Assembly: GCA_964019335.1 (NCBI GenBank)
Contig: OZ025649.1
Coordinates: 806,001 to 870,000, forward strand
Direction: 5' to 3'
DNA: 64,000 nt
DNA from: Diplonema japonicum
Lineage: Eukaryota; Protista; Euglenozoa: Diplonemea
The notes beneath the pieces were generated by a model that did no database searches, was not told where the DNA came from, and was given only the letters and a program-made list of their open reading frames with translations. The first letter of the stretch is position 1; each line of letters begins with the position of its first letter. Below, piece after piece: positions 12,512 through 26,115 of this stretch. A program made the translations under genes and the position numbers.

Positions 12512-14098
12512 ATGGCAGAGATCAAGGAAGCAGCCGACTTACCACCCGTTAGCCCATCTGAAGGTTACAGTGAAGTGGCTTACGGGGCTATGGGTGATCA
12601 TGTGCCGCCTCCGCCCCCACCCCCGCCTGCTGAGTACGCAGCGCCTCTTGCCGAGTATGCAGCACAGCCTGCCGAGTACATAGCACCCCCTGAAACGCAG
12701 GGGTACGGTGAGGCGGGTCAGCCACTGCAAGTGATGGGCGGCTACGGTGATGTTGTTTCTCCTACACCTGCGGCTCCGCCTCTGGAGGCTGTCATGGGTG
12801 CTGCGGCAAGGAACCGGGACATGTTGATGTCGGAAGCCCCGCACGTAGCTGCGCCTGTTGCCAGCGGTTCCTACCAAGTGACAGTGACCCCCACAGTGGA
12901 CGACATGCCCCCCCGAGGGACTAAGGTCACCGTCACACAGCTCATCTCCAACTACTCCCTCAACGGCAAGTCGGGCACTGTTGTCGGCTACAGGTCAGAC
13001 GGCGCTGTCCTCGTAGATGTCGACGGTGTGCTCTCTGCGCCCCTGCACCCCTCGAACCTCATCTGGGGTGACGATGCTAACATCCCCATTCCCAAGCCTG
13101 ACTTCATGCAACCCAAGATGAACATCACCGAAAGGAACGGTGTCTGCCTCATAAGAGTCAAGCCCCCCAGACGGCGCCGTGACACAACCACCTGCTGCCC
13201 GTCTGCGTCATGGGGCGACATGACTTTCTTCAAGCACATCGGTTGGGTGTGGACCAGCATGTTCGCGTGCATCGTGTCCTTCCCGTTGTCCGTAATCCTG
13301 CTTTTTTTCTCGCCTTTGTTCTTCTCACAGAGTGCCATTGGGTGGAGGTGGTTGGCACACAGACACCTCGACATCCTCCTCTCTGGGCACCCTCCCTCGC
13401 GAGGTGCCATTGTTACGCACCCCACTGCGGTGATGGAGCACGGGTCACGGGTGTCGTACTTCATGTCAGGGCACACGTGGAGGTGCTTTGTGTATGTGAC
13501 TCTGTTGGCACTGCCGTTCAGCTTTGTGACATTATTTTTCACGATGATGTGTGTGCCGTTTGGGGTGCTGATGTGCTGCAGGCCGTTGTTCTGCTTCGGT
13601 GCAAATGTAGTGTATGGAGCACTGTGGCTGGAAAGAAGCGTGTGCCTGGGGATGGTGGGCCACGTCATGTGCGAGTACAGCCTGGCTGAGATGGGCGACG
13701 CTGAGCTTCAGCAGGGAGAGGCCACTGTGGGGGGAGTAGTCGATGAGGTGACACCTGTGCTGACAAGCGACGGGCAGAGCAATGGCATGCAGAACTCATG
13801 GCTGTCACAGCGCCAAAGGAGCCAAGAGGAGCTCATGTCAGTGGAAAAGTTTAACAACTCCTACCTCAGGCTCTTTGGCACCATTCCGAGACTTCAGGAC
13901 ATCACGATTGAGCCTCCCCGTGAGCCTGGCAGGGGCCCTCGCCACTTCATCACTGTCGCTGATGCCATAAACGATTCACAAAGGTTGAAGCTTGTTAAGG
14001 CATACAAACAGGCTTTCTCCACTATGTACGTACACATCGTAGACCTCGAGGAGCAGCAGAGGCAGGAGGGTACCGACTATTCTGCACTTTATTCTTAA
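12512..14098 (+). CDS. Hypothetical membrane protein (528 aa): Pro-rich N-terminus, small beta-barrel-like segment, multi-TM region
   Basis: Long ORF; GTKVTVTQL..LNGKSGTVVGY resembles a KOW/SH3-like fold; two hydrophobic hairpins in the middle. Confidence 0.8.
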   Translation: MAEIKEAADLPPVSPSEGYSEVAYGAMGDHVPPPPPPPPAEYAAPLAEYAAQPAEYIAPPETQGYGEAGQPLQVMGGYGDVVSPTPAAPPLEAVMGAAARNRDMLMSEAPHVAAPVASGSYQVTVTPTVDDMPPRGTKVTVTQLISNYSLNGKSGTVVGYRSDGAVLVDVDGVLSAPLHPSNLIWGDDANIPIPKPDFMQPKMNITERNGVCLIRVKPPRRRRDTTTCCPSASWGDMTFFKHIGWVWTSMFACIVSFPLSVILLFFSPLFFSQSAIGWRWLAHRHLDILLSGHPPSRGAIVTHPTAVMEHGSRVSYFMSGHTWRCFVYVTLLALPFSFVTLFFTMMCVPFGVLMCCRPLFCFGANVVYGALWLERSVCLGMVGHVMCEYSLAEMGDAELQQGEATVGGVVDEVTPVLTSDGQSNGMQNSWLSQRQRSQEELMSVEKFNNSYLRLFGTIPRLQDITIEPPREPGRGPRHFITVADAINDSQRLKLVKAYKQAFSTMYVHIVDLEEQQRQEGTDYSALYS

Positions 14099-16286
14099 GA
14101 AGCTTTTTTTTTTTTTTTTTTTTGTTAGGTTGGCGTTGTTTTATTATAGGAACCCTCAGGGACTGACTCTTTTTTTTTTTCATTAAAAAAAAAAAGGAAA
14201 AGAAGAATGAACAAAAGGAAAAATGAGAGAAAGAAGAAGGAAAGAAGAAGAAAAAGAGGTGTCCAAATTCAAGATTTCTTTTTTAACGGCTTTATTTTTT
14301 CTTTTTTTCCCATTCCCCCCTCCCCACAGTAAAACTCTGGCTGGTGTTTTTATTTTTTTTTATTTTTATTATTATATTTTTTACTTTTCCTTTTTTTTTC
14401 CCCTTTTCAAAATTGAAAAAGACGACAAAAAAAGAAAACCCCTCCCCTTGCATGCCTCTTCGTTTCCTTCTTTTTTTTTATTATCTTTTCTTGGGAATAT
14501 TGAAATACGTCTCCTTTTATGGGGTAAAGATCGCCCGGGAAGCAAAAGCAGATAAAAGGAAAACAAAAGGAAAAAGAATGAGTTTAATGCAGCAAAATGT
14601 TACTTATCCTTTGGAATCCCCCCCCCTTTTTTTTTTCTTTACCGCCACAGTAGGTCCAGGTTTAAGGGGATGGGGGGATGGAAGAACTGAAAAAGAAAAA
14701 GCCTTTTTTTATTGTGAGAATATGAAGAAAAAAAAAGAGAAGAAGAAGGTGGAGAAAGGAGGTAAACTACAAGAAAGATAAAAAAGAACAAAAAAAAAAA
14801 ATAATGAGGGAAAAGAGTCAAAGTTGAGAATAAACGAAAAGAGCAGAAAATAAAGAAAAGGGCATATCGCCATCCATTCGTACCCACTGCGAAAAAAGAA
14901 GAAAAAAAGAAGCAAATAGCAGAAATTCATTTCCTCTCTCCCCTCTCCCCCCCCCCCCCCCCCTTTCCCCTTTTCCCTTTCCTCTTTTCTCTCCCTTTTT
15001 TTTGTTTTTTTTTCCCTTTAAGCCCATCTCGTCTTTTCTTTTTTTTTTTCTTTTTTTTTTTCTATAAAAACAGGCTTTTTTTTTTTTGCCTTACCCCCTC
15101 CCCTTCCGGGCCTTTTTATCCCCCCTCCTGCTTTTATTATTTTTCCGATTTTATTATTTTTTTTTTATGTCCCTCTTTTTTATTTTTATTTTTTAAAGCT
15201 GGATCATGCAGCTCAAGCAACTCCCTCTACTTGTGTTGTCCTCTTGTCGGTATTTCGCGTCATTGTTCAGCCAGAAATGCAGGGGGGGGTTTTTTTTGGA
15301 GCTATTTCTTCTTTTTTTTTTTCCTTCCCCCACCTCATAGTCCCGTAGATTCTCGCACTACGTTCACTGCTATGTCATCTAGGAGAAGGCTATGCCACTG
15401 AATAAAGGGCGGAGAGGAGGGAAGAAAAGAGGAAAGAGAAGAAACCAAAGAGATATGAAGGTTAAATGTGTGCTAGCTCCATCTTTCTGTCTCTTCGAAA
15501 AAAAAAGAAAAAAAAGAAATAAAAGAAAAGAATGTCCTGTTTCTTCGTATTGTTTCGTCCACCCCTCACCTGGTGAGGACGAAGAAATAGAGAGCGAAAA
15601 GAAACAAAAAGAAGAAGAAAAAAACATTTCGTCCCACTAACTTACTTATTTTTTTTATAATCTAAAAGGATATTTCCTCTTTTCAATTTTTTTTTTTTTT
15701 TTTTTTTTTTTACTACTGCAAAATAGTTTTTACATTTTAGACAGTGCGGAAGAGAGGTGCAGGGGACCAAGAGGGGAAGGTGTGGGAGTACTAAGAGGGG
15801 AAGGGGTAAGAACCGTAAGGTCCGCCCTTATGATCATATTGCCACTCTTGGCACACTTGGCAAGGTAAACACCTCCGAGGTACTAGTTTACCATATTAGA
15901 AAGCAAAGGGGTTTCCATAGTTGAAGGCATGCTGTGTGTGTTACTATATATTTTTTTTCTTCTTCCCTCTTCCAAGTGTGTGCAACGAAGGAGCGCTTTA
16001 GCCGCTTGTCCCACCCCTCTCCCTGCGGCACCCCTTCCCCTCAGAATCTCTTTCTCTCTGTTTTTTCATTTGTTTTTCTTTTTGTTCTAAACGGAAATGC
16101 TGCCAAGAAGCGATTGAAAGAACAGGCCCCATTGGCGTCTAGCTGAATACGAATACTCCCTCCTCCCTCCCTCTCCGCTCTGACAAGGTGCTAGGCAAAC
16201 ACAACAAGACACCGAAGCTGTCTCTCTGAGCAGAATGCTGACACCAGCAAAGAACTCAACACCCAACAAACAGGAGGGAGGGGCAG

Positions 16287-19200
16287 ATGAATCAGGAGGA
16301 GATCCTCCAAGAGGTAGATGGGATCTTGAGAGGTTTCGGGAAGGAGAAATATCTGAAGAAGGGAGAGAGCGTGGCAGAAGCAGAGCAGCGGCAGTGCGGG
16401 TCGCTAGTTGTCCTTCTGGGCCTCATCTCTGAGCACGGTGCACGATATGAAGTGGTCCTCAAGGCAGGCCGGCGGCTGTTGGCGAAGGGAAAGCCGTCAT
16501 ATGTACTGCGCCTGCTCGACACCCTGCAGGGCATTAAGATAGACAGGAGGGACCTGTACGTGCAAGGCAGGTACCTGCACCATGTGTCTCACTGCTTCCT
16601 TCTCTCCGACCGCGACCGCTTCTTCCATAACAAGCAGACCATCCAAGGGTACCTCTCTCATCTGAAGGAGATCACCTCCTGCATGGCGCTTCTCTTCGAC
16701 ACTGACGAGGCTCATTACCACGTTATCTATAACGGCACTGTCTACCTCTTTGATCTTTGCCGCACTCTCCTCAAGCACGGTTTTGCGAAGGAGGCCGTTG
16801 TGTTTCTTGCCTTTGCTGCTCAAAGTTGCGAGTGCACGCTGCTCGCTCAGGTGAAGTACCTACAGTGGCGTGTGCGGCTCTTCCTCACCATCGGTATCGG
16901 CTACGAGGCGATGCAGGACATCGACGGTGCTGCGACCGCTGTCCAGCACGGCCTGACGCATGTGCAGGAGCTCCTCGCCCTCGAGCAGTCTGACGCTGTC
17001 CCGCCCTCTGCAGCCACCCTGGCCACCATCCAACAGTCCAGCGTGGACCTTCAGAGCTCGTTGTTCAAGTACGCCGTCGTGAAAGTCGACACCAGCTCTT
17101 CGGAGGAAACCACAGGTGCCCCACCTGTAAAGGGTAAGGGCGCTCCTTCTGCTTCCATCACTGCAGACTCCTTAAAAGCTCTGCTAGAGACAACTGTCCC
17201 CGACGCCTCTCCACTGCAGCATGCGAAGGCACTGCTTGTGGCTGCCTCAGCCGAGTCTCTCCAGGGCACTGTGACAGTCTCAAGGCAGACCGCGACACTC
17301 CTCTTAGGCCTAGTGGAGCCTATACTCGAGAACGTCAACGGGGACGGGACCGAGCGGGATTTCTCATCACTTGTTTCCTGTTTCTGCTCCCTTCTTTACG
17401 GGTACGAAGAATGGGACCTCTTCCAAAAGTGGTGCCCTAGGGCTGTAATGGATCCTACTCTCGAGCTGCAACAGGTGCTTGGCACTATCAAGCAGAACGA
17501 AGAGGGCGGCGGGGTTCTGTGGGAATGTGTGAAAGCCAAAAACATCCTTCTGAGTGGTGGTGTGAGCGACATAGTTGTGATCGAGGGTGGGCTGTACCTA
17601 TACAAGGTGCTGACGAAGGGCGGCGATGATCTGGTCATCAAGGAGCTCTCGGGCGATGGTTTCCTTGTGTTAGAAGCGGTGCTCACTGCTATGGTGGGAG
17701 TTGGCTACTTTGATGTGATATTCTTAACAGGGTTAGCGCTTGCTACAGTTAGGTGGTGCGAGGCTGAGGCTGCCAAGTGTGAGGGGACGGAGAGAAGGGC
17801 GTACTTGCAGAGACCTCAGAAGTACCTCAAGCCCCTCCTTGAGATGGTTACCCTCCGCCGCACTCTTGCACTGCACAACACAACAACAGAGGACTCCTTA
17901 TTGTACAAAACACTTGCAGTTCGACATGTACAGCTTGAGGACTGCTCCGTCCGTCTCCAGATGGGGGTCGGGATATGCGATCTACACCAAAGGATAAGGC
18001 GCCAGCACAAGTCGCGTTTAGAGATCTTGCGGACACGAAAAGAACAGACACATATATTTGGGGGGCTTAGTGCTAAGGAGGTCTCAGTCATGCGCCATGA
18101 GGAGAAACAGTCGATTCTCCCTCCTGTCATCAATACTGAGGTGGAGCAGCGGATTTTGCAGGAGCGTCGCAGCGACCCGTGCTTCACTGCAGTGGCACAG
18201 ATCGTGATCAGTGGCTTTCGAGAAGATGTAAAGGAAGCTCACAAGTGTTTGGAAAGAGCGCAAGATACGATTGAGGCTATTGGTGATTCTGTGGTAAGGA
18301 ACATGCTCTGGGCCATGTTGGCGCGGAAGTCTTTGGAGCTAAAGCACTACGCTCTTGTTGCTGTGGTTTCTGATGTACTTAGGTCGCAATATGTTCATGT
18401 AGCTGAAAGGACTCTAGAGAGCTCCGACATCCCTGCCACTCCCATCTGGGCGGCTTCGCCTCTGAGCCTCGACGTGCTGAATATGGACGCCATTACACTT
18501 ATCCCCACTCCCCTTGTCGAGGAGGTTGCAGCTGCTTTCATTGCAGCCGCAGATGCAAAGTCTTTATGTGAGACACTTCCCCATCTCTATAACGACGACC
18601 CCGACCAAGGTTTCGATCCCTGCCGCTACCGTGTAGTTGCTGTGCAGTGGAGCCGCCTCTCTTCTGCCAGCATGCTTATGATAGCCTTCCTCCTCGGCTC
18701 TACCACAAAGTACGAGTCGCTCATTGTAGGCTGCTGCCACAAGCTATACAATAGCCTCATCCCACTTCTTAAGACTGCTGCACAGCACCCTTGCTTGTTG
18801 CGCCCCCTGTGGTGCATGTTACAGGGGCTTAGTACGTTGAAGGGTTCGTTTATCAGCACACCGTCCTACCAGTCTCTTGTGATCCGTATCTTGCATGATC
18901 TGTTAATGTGCTGCAGGGGGTTGAAGGATGTGTCCGGTCTGAGTAAGGCCTGTCTCGTGCTGTTCCGGGAAGCGTGGCTATCTGTGAAAGCTAATCCGGT
19001 GCCGCACATCAAGCAACGAATGGCAAAGAGAGTGAAATATAAGACATTGTTGAAGCTAGACAATAATGAAGATGCTGAAAAAGCACCAGCTAAGAAGGCA
19101 CCTGCAAAGGACAAGGGCGAGGTGCAAGGTAGCCTGAACCTGGTTCCTGACCTGACACCAAGCGTCGAGGACACGATGCCTTTGGAATACATGGAACTTC

Positions 19201-22200
19201 TCGACATCCTTATTTTAGAGTTCCCTGAGATGGCCGCACACATGCTCACCTTGCACGAGGAGCAAGCGTGGCTCCCCCCAATCTACGCGACTGTAGCTGC
19301 TACAATCCGCACGTCCCCCCAGCAGGCCTTCGATGACTTGCAGGCCCACAAGGCTGACCCACTGTACCCAAAGTTAGTATGTTTAGTGCTAAGCGTGTGT
19401 CTGCAAACGCGGCAGCCGAAGGTAATATCTCTGATTGAGACAGCTCTGCATGCTTTGACTGAGAGGAAGAAGGCACTACAGACACTGCAAGAGAGCGTCA
19501 TCTCACCTCTAGAGGCAACACTTCAGGGGCTTAAGGGTGGCGAATCTAATAGTGGCGCGCCGCCCGCGAAAGGCGCAAAGAAGAAGTCTGCTGGGGAACC
19601 TGAAGGTGATGTTACGAAAGAAAAGAAGAGTGAGGCGATGATGAAGTGGGCATGTCTCACGATGATCAAGAAGAAGTTGCTCCTTGTGCTCAGGGATCTG
19701 CGGATACAGGTCAGCATCAGTGACACGCCGTACCGCGCGAAGCTCAACGAAATGGCAGGTGTTGTGTACTTCGAACTTGCTGAGGAGAAAAAAGCAGAGA
19801 ACGGCCGAGAGAACCCGGATGCCCCTATGACGGAAGAACACTGGGTCAATGAGGTCCAGTGTGTCAGGTCTCTGTCGCGCTCAATGGTTTTGTACGCACG
19901 GCTCGAAAGGTGGAAACAGGTGTACGCCACAATGATAGCCCTCATGAACGCCGTCCATGCGTTGTTCCCTGGCATAAAGCCAATATTGGCACTCCCCGCC
20001 AGCGCCACCTCCAGTGAGCCCACCCAGCAGCCTCTGCCAGGGCTAGCACCGTATATTGATACAACAAAGGTGCAAGGCAAGGATGGCATTGCTCAGTGCG
20101 TGAAGGACATAAGGTCTGCTTTCGTTCAAGTGGTCAACCTGTGTGAGGGGCTCTGCTGTGGGACTATAGACTTCTCGTTGTTCCTCGACACTATAGGTTT
20201 CGCTGGTGTGGAGGCCTCGTACTCTGTCCTAGACATCCACAAGCGGCTGTCTACGGCGGCGGTACTGCGCGTTTGCTCTCTGTCCAAGGGTGCGGCAGCG
20301 CTTGCGGAAGCACTGCAGACTGACAGCATTGCTGCTCTCACTACTGCATCACAGCAGTTGTCCCCTCAGGAGTTCTCGGCACGTTCTCAAATCGAGCAGG
20401 AGCAGGAGGAAGATCGAATCAAAATCACGCAACAAAGTCAGCCTGCAACTCCAAAGGAGACTGATCAAGCAGACACCGACCAGAAGGACAAAGTGTGCAA
20501 CATCCAACGTGTGGGTGGTCTTCAGTATTGCACGGTGCGCACTGCTGAGGACTTGGACTCGGTGCTCACTTGCGCCATGGCGGGCACCGGTGGGCACTTC
20601 AGGTTGGTCACGGCGTTCCCTTCTAACATGTACGATGCGCTCAGCGGTGTTGTGGTGAACGTTGCAGAGGTGGCTGAACTGACGCGCACCAAACACCAGA
20701 ACGGCGAGCTGATGATTGGGATGTGCACAGCGCCACGCAAGGTTGCTGCTGCGATGCAAGCACTCAAGTTCTGCGATGCTACAATAAGCTCTGCGGCCGA
20801 GAAGGTTAAGGGCCGGCGGAGTATCTGTGTATCCGACTTCGAGAAGTGCAACTATTCCCTCGTGCTTCACAACATCCATAGTGGGCAGGACATCAAGGGC
20901 CCCGATGCCGACGGTGAGATAGGTGTCGACTGCTATTTAAAGTACATCGTCGTTGCTCCTAAACAAGGAGGTCTCCTGAAGAAGAGAGAGACTGCAGCTG
21001 AAGCGCAGCGTGCAATTAGCGACGGTGTGCTGCAGTCCCTCGACGACCTCCCGGCGAGGCTGGGTTCCGTGAGTCTTGACTGTTTGCTCGATTTCACGCA
21101 GATGTGCATGACAGTGATGCAATATGGTAAAGAATTTTCGTCGCACCCAGCAGCTGCTGTCTATGGTGAAAGGATCAATTCACTATTCCTCGGTAAGTAC
21201 GCAGGCAAGCTAATTCCACTGGTTATGTCATACCAAGCAGCTGTTGGCAGAACAATGAAAGAGAATGCCGAGGTTATGTTAGAGGTTCACAGGGACACAC
21301 CAAGAGCTGTGGCTTTGGTGCGAGGCGCTGAGATAGCGTTGGAGTCCTATAAGGCCTCGACAGCATGGGAGCAGGTTGCGATAGAAGTGGCCAAGGAGCG
21401 AGAGGGGAAGGGTGGAAGGGCCACGACCATTGCCTCAACAAGCAAGTTCTCACGGTCGACTGGAGGGGGGAAACGTTCTTTTTTGAAGAACGAGTACTAT
21501 CGCGAGGTATCAGCGAGATACACTGCAGCGTACAGCTTCCTTCGCCAGAAGCACCTAACACTTCCAGCAATGAACGTTGTGAGCGTCTTCGGACAGTTCC
21601 ACAAGGATCACATGCAAAGCAAGGATGCGGCTCGATGCTGGCAGGATGGTGTGGACATAGCTTTTTCCGCTGTCAACACTTGGCAGCGATGGAGGACACT
21701 CACTGAGGAGGTGCCTGGTGAGCCCTCCTTGCTATCCCGTCTTGGCACACTGCGTATATTGCTGTCCATTGTATTGCTGTACAAACTAGCATCACAGTCG
21801 CTTGTCACGCATCAGGCAGCTGCTTCAGAGCACTGTCTTTTTGCTGCTAAATTGTGCAAGATTGTAGTGTCGGGGTGCCTGTCGCAGCCCATTAGAGAGT
21901 ATGATTTCTGCAGGCATTCTGTGAAGGAGGTACTCATCGATGCTGATGTGTTCTCGGGACCTCTCGGGGTTGATGGGAAGCAGTTGGTATGCACATTCAT
22001 ATCACAAGGAACGCTACATGACAGGTATACGCCTTGGCCTACATTACAGACTACTGCCAGAAGATAGGGAACAGTTTGATGTCCCTACCCGCCGCAGCAC
22101 TCATGGAGGTTGTAGCGGCAGAGACTATAAGGAGGTATGCCTTATTGCATTGTCGCACCACCGACAGTGTCGAATATGTGATCCTCGCCAGGTGCCTTAG

Positions 22201-25200
22201 GGCACGAGCCGCAGCCGAGATAGGAAATTTCGAAGCATCCAGTGAGACCTTGCTGTCCATTCTGCGAGGCGTCGACCTCCCAGATGCTGCGCTGCAGCAG
22301 CTGGGGCTGGTGCCAGCGAGTACCGATGTGGCAACGGTGCCATCTAGTAGTGAAGCGAAGAAACCTGCAGCTAAGAAGGGGGCCAAGCCCATTGAGGTTC
22401 TGGAGGTCACGCCTGCCAAGGGACTGACGAACAGCAGGCCTTTAAGTCCCCGAGACAAGACGATTCTCGAGGACATCTCCGATAAGCTGCCGCAAAGAGT
22501 CTTCGTGTCCTTGAACCCCGCTTTGGCGCGCTTCTTCTACCTGACGCAGGTTATGGTCCTGCAACAGCTCGCGTCTAGCAACCCGTACATGTCGCAGACA
22601 CTCAAAAAGCAGCCGCCTGATGAAGCACCTGTACGCGAAGCTTATGCCACTGCCCTCGGTCTTGCCGACAATTTATTGAGTGCTGTGGAGCAGGGCCTCC
22701 AAGCAGTAGAGGGAGTAGGCACCACGTGCACACGCACCCACAGATGTCGCGTGATGTATCTAAGAGCACGTGCATGTGTCATCAGGGGTGACTATGTGGG
22801 TGCTGAAGAGGTTCTCTCAGAACTGCTAGCCTTCTGCACCAGGTCACACGAGCTACCCTTCACACAAGAGGACACCGAAGTCTTTGTTTCCAGCATCTAC
22901 GTGTCAGAAGTGACATCGTGGTTGGTGTGCAAAGCTTGGGTCCTTGCGAGGCAGAGGAAGATGGGCGCTGCGCTCCAGATGTGCAACCGTTGTGAGGAGT
23001 TCTGCTTGAAGTACGAATATACCCGTGGCGAGCGAGACGCCAAAGTGCAGAAGGCTGAGATTCTCACCATGCTTGGCAAGCACAGCGAGGCAATGAGGCT
23101 GCTGACACAAACACAGGGGCAGAAGGATGTGAGCGACGAAGGAGGCAACGACGACGGAGTGCCTGATCTTGGTCCTCTCGCGCGGGTATCGGCACCTACC
23201 AGGCTGCGGACAGCACCTGATCAGCACGCTCCTCTGGTAGAGGGGGGTGGGCTCCTTGAAGGGATGCCCGTCGATGTGCTTCAGGTAGATCATATTTACA
23301 CTTTGGTGCGCTTTGAAAAGAAGCAGGGTTTCATGTTAACCGCCGACCTTCGTCCGGTATGTTGCTCGGGTAGCTTAAACCACACATAGGGCATTGTGGC
23401 ACAACCTCGCCGCCAGCCTGAGGCACCCCCACGCCTGTCCGTGGTGGAAGAGGCCACTGCCTTGGACCACGACGCACGCGATACTTTCTTAGCAAGGTTG
23501 TTGCTCCAGTCCGCTGCTGCTCTTTACCATGAAGGGGTCCAGGGAAAGCTGGACACTGTGGTGTCTAGGGTATATACGGCAGGCCTCGACACCGATATTT
23601 CTCGGTACACCACTAGGGCTATGGAGCTGTACAAGCGCCACCTGCAACACGTATGCGTCCTCTACACCAGCACTGCTATACAATTAACAGATTGGCGTAT
23701 CTTCGGACTTGCAAGAGACTTGGAAAGGGCTTTTTAACTGCAACGTGCCTGTGGCACGAGAGGCGTGCATGGCATTTGTACTGGGGGGTCATGAACACAT
23801 GAAGCGTGGTGACCTCAAGGTATGCCGCGGAACAGTGCATCACCTTTTTACAGACCTCAGAGGAGTGCTACAGCGAAGCAGTAAGGATCTCTGAACAGTG
23901 TTGTGAAGCCATGCAGCACTGCAAAGCTGTATCTCAGTACTACTTACACAGGTGCAAAAGGATCCAACTCCTTGGTGGAAAGGGCGACGGGTGGGGCATC
24001 TCTGAGACAAACAGCATACAGGCTATGCCGCAGGAAGAGGCTTTAGAAAGCCTTCCAGATGTGCACAAGGAGAGCGTAAGATGCCTTATGGAAGCTATCC
24101 ACACAGAGGTCATGAAAGGTGTCCACGATTACACACTCATAAGGGGCTGCCTGCTAGAGATGGCTTATTTCTTTGGCAGCATTAGGAAAACAGTGCCAAC
24201 TGCCATGCACTGTGTTCTCCTGGCGTGCGAGGTGACAAAGATGTTGCAAGGCCTCTCAACGCCACAGCTTCAGGGCAGTCCACTAACGACTCTAGCATGC
24301 AAGGAGAAGACAAACACTGTGAAGGACCCTGACCCAGAGCAGCTAAGTGCGTCCTTACGGGCGAGCATAGAAGAAGTGCAGCGGAGATCTGGCACTGCAC
24401 AAATGTCGTTCTCAAAGGAGTATCAAAGCGAAGTAAAGACAGGGCCTTTGAAGGCTCAGTACATGGCACAGTGGCACAATGCTGCCTTGCAGCTGCTGCC
24501 GTCCGTGGCTGTTCGTGGTGAGACCCTTGAGGTCGAACTGATGGTGCTGCGGCGGTACTTGCAAAGTGCTGGGTCTGAAGTGATTTGGACAGAAGCATCA
24601 CCGCCCATTGCAGGAAAGCTGCTCGACTTCAGTGGTGTGGTGGAGGACTTCATCGCCAGCCAGGTGTACGGCGGGTCGGATGTCCTGCAGCCACCGAAGA
24701 AGGTCAAGCCGGGTGAGAAAGTAGACGACTTGTCTCCTCTGCCTCCTGTTGTGTGGGTTGTGTGTGCAGGGTGTGTTGGGGGGCCACTGCCTACGCCGAA
24801 GGGCGACGGGAAGAAGAAAAACAGCCTGACACAGCCACCCCCTTCGGCTAGCCCTGACGTTGATGTGTTCGTAGCCAAGATGCTTGAGGTGGACCAGAGG
24901 GAGTTCAGGTCAGTGGGGAAGGTGGCACGCGACATGCGCTCCGTGCTGTCAAGAATCTTGGAGCGCGAGGATGAGCTGCAGTGCGCAGCAGGAGAGGACA
25001 AGGGGTCGCCCGTGAACAAGAAAGGAAAGGAAGCGTCGGCGAACGCAACACCCGTCTTCGCAGACACCGAGGACATCGTGCAGATGGAGGCGGAGCTCGA
25101 CATTCTAAAGATATCTTTTGCGGAGGCCTTGCAGAAGATCCTTCCGGACACTGAGATGCGCCACCTATACCCCCCCATCACCGCCCAGCCAGGGAGGGCA

Positions 25201-25353
25201 GCTGCGTCATACGCCATGGCCGTCATCCTTGTGCAGCTCTTCTCTCTTTCCTACTCTGGGGGGTTTTCATGCCGATCGGTCAACAGTGAGCCCGCTGCCA
25301 AGGAAGCCTCCTCATGGCTTCTGAAAGCAGTGAGGGGGCAGCGATGTGAATAG
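16287..25353 (+). CDS. CFAP54: Cilia- and flagella-associated protein 54; exons 16287-21986, 22025-23356, 23390-23650, 23691-23819, 23854-25353
   Basis: N-terminal motif [18 protein letters not shown]...[14 protein letters not shown] matches the CFAP54 N-terminal domain as I recall it. Five consecutive + ORFs join in frame via GTATG..AG introns of 38, 33, 40 and 34 nt, giving ~3000 aa. Confidence 0.8.
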
Positions 25354-25483
25354 CAAAACAAAAAGTCAAAGGTGGGATCTTTTTAAAAAAAGCCACCATA
25401 GTTTTTTAACCGTTTTTTTTTTCTTCTTTTTCTTGTTTCCCTTGCTTTTTAAAAACGAAAAAAGGAAAGCGGGAGATGAGCCT

Positions 25484-26115
25484 ATGGGGCTCCTTGAGTT
25501 CCTGAAGAAATTGCGAAAGACAGACAAGGAGGCAAGGATATTGGTGCTGGGTCTGGACAATGCAGGGAAGACAAGCTGTTTGAAGAAGCTTTCTGATGAA
25601 GAGATGGAAAATGTAATGCCAACGAAAGGGTTCAATATAAAGAGTCTTTCTCAGGAGGGCTTCAAGCTTAATGTGTGGGACATTGGGGGTCAGAAGAGCA
25701 TCCGGCCCTACTGGAGGAATTACTATCAAGAGACGGATGCCATTATGTATGTAGTGGATAGCGCAGATAGGCGGCGATTGGAGGAGACGGGAATCGAACT
25801 TATATTATTGCTGGAAGAAGAGAAGCTAGCAAGGTATATTGAGAATCCCCACCCCAATACAAATAGGTGCCCCATCCTTGTACTTGCCAATAAGCAAGAC
25901 CTTATCAATGCCCAGCCCTCTGATGAAATATCAACCGCCCTCAATCTGCCTGTCATCAGGGATAGGCCATGGAAGATTCAGGTGTTTTTTTTTTTTTTTT
26001 ATGCAACAAAGAAAGGTTTTTTTTTTTTCTTTTCTCGCAGGCGTGTTCGGCACGGACCGGCGAGGGACTTCCAGAGGGAATGGAATGGGTGGTCAAAACG
26101 CTAGAAGAGGGTTAG
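25484..26115 (+). CDS. ARL3: ADP-ribosylation factor-like GTPase 3; exons 25484-25833, 25867-25981, 26041-26115
   Basis: [52 protein letters not shown]; splicing restores [19 protein letters not shown]. Confidence 0.92.

Noticed and set aside
8784-26115. Functional clustering of ciliary genes CFAP299, CFAP54 and ARL3
   Set aside because: They are interspersed with unrelated genes, and flagellar genes are abundant in flagellates, so chance suffices.
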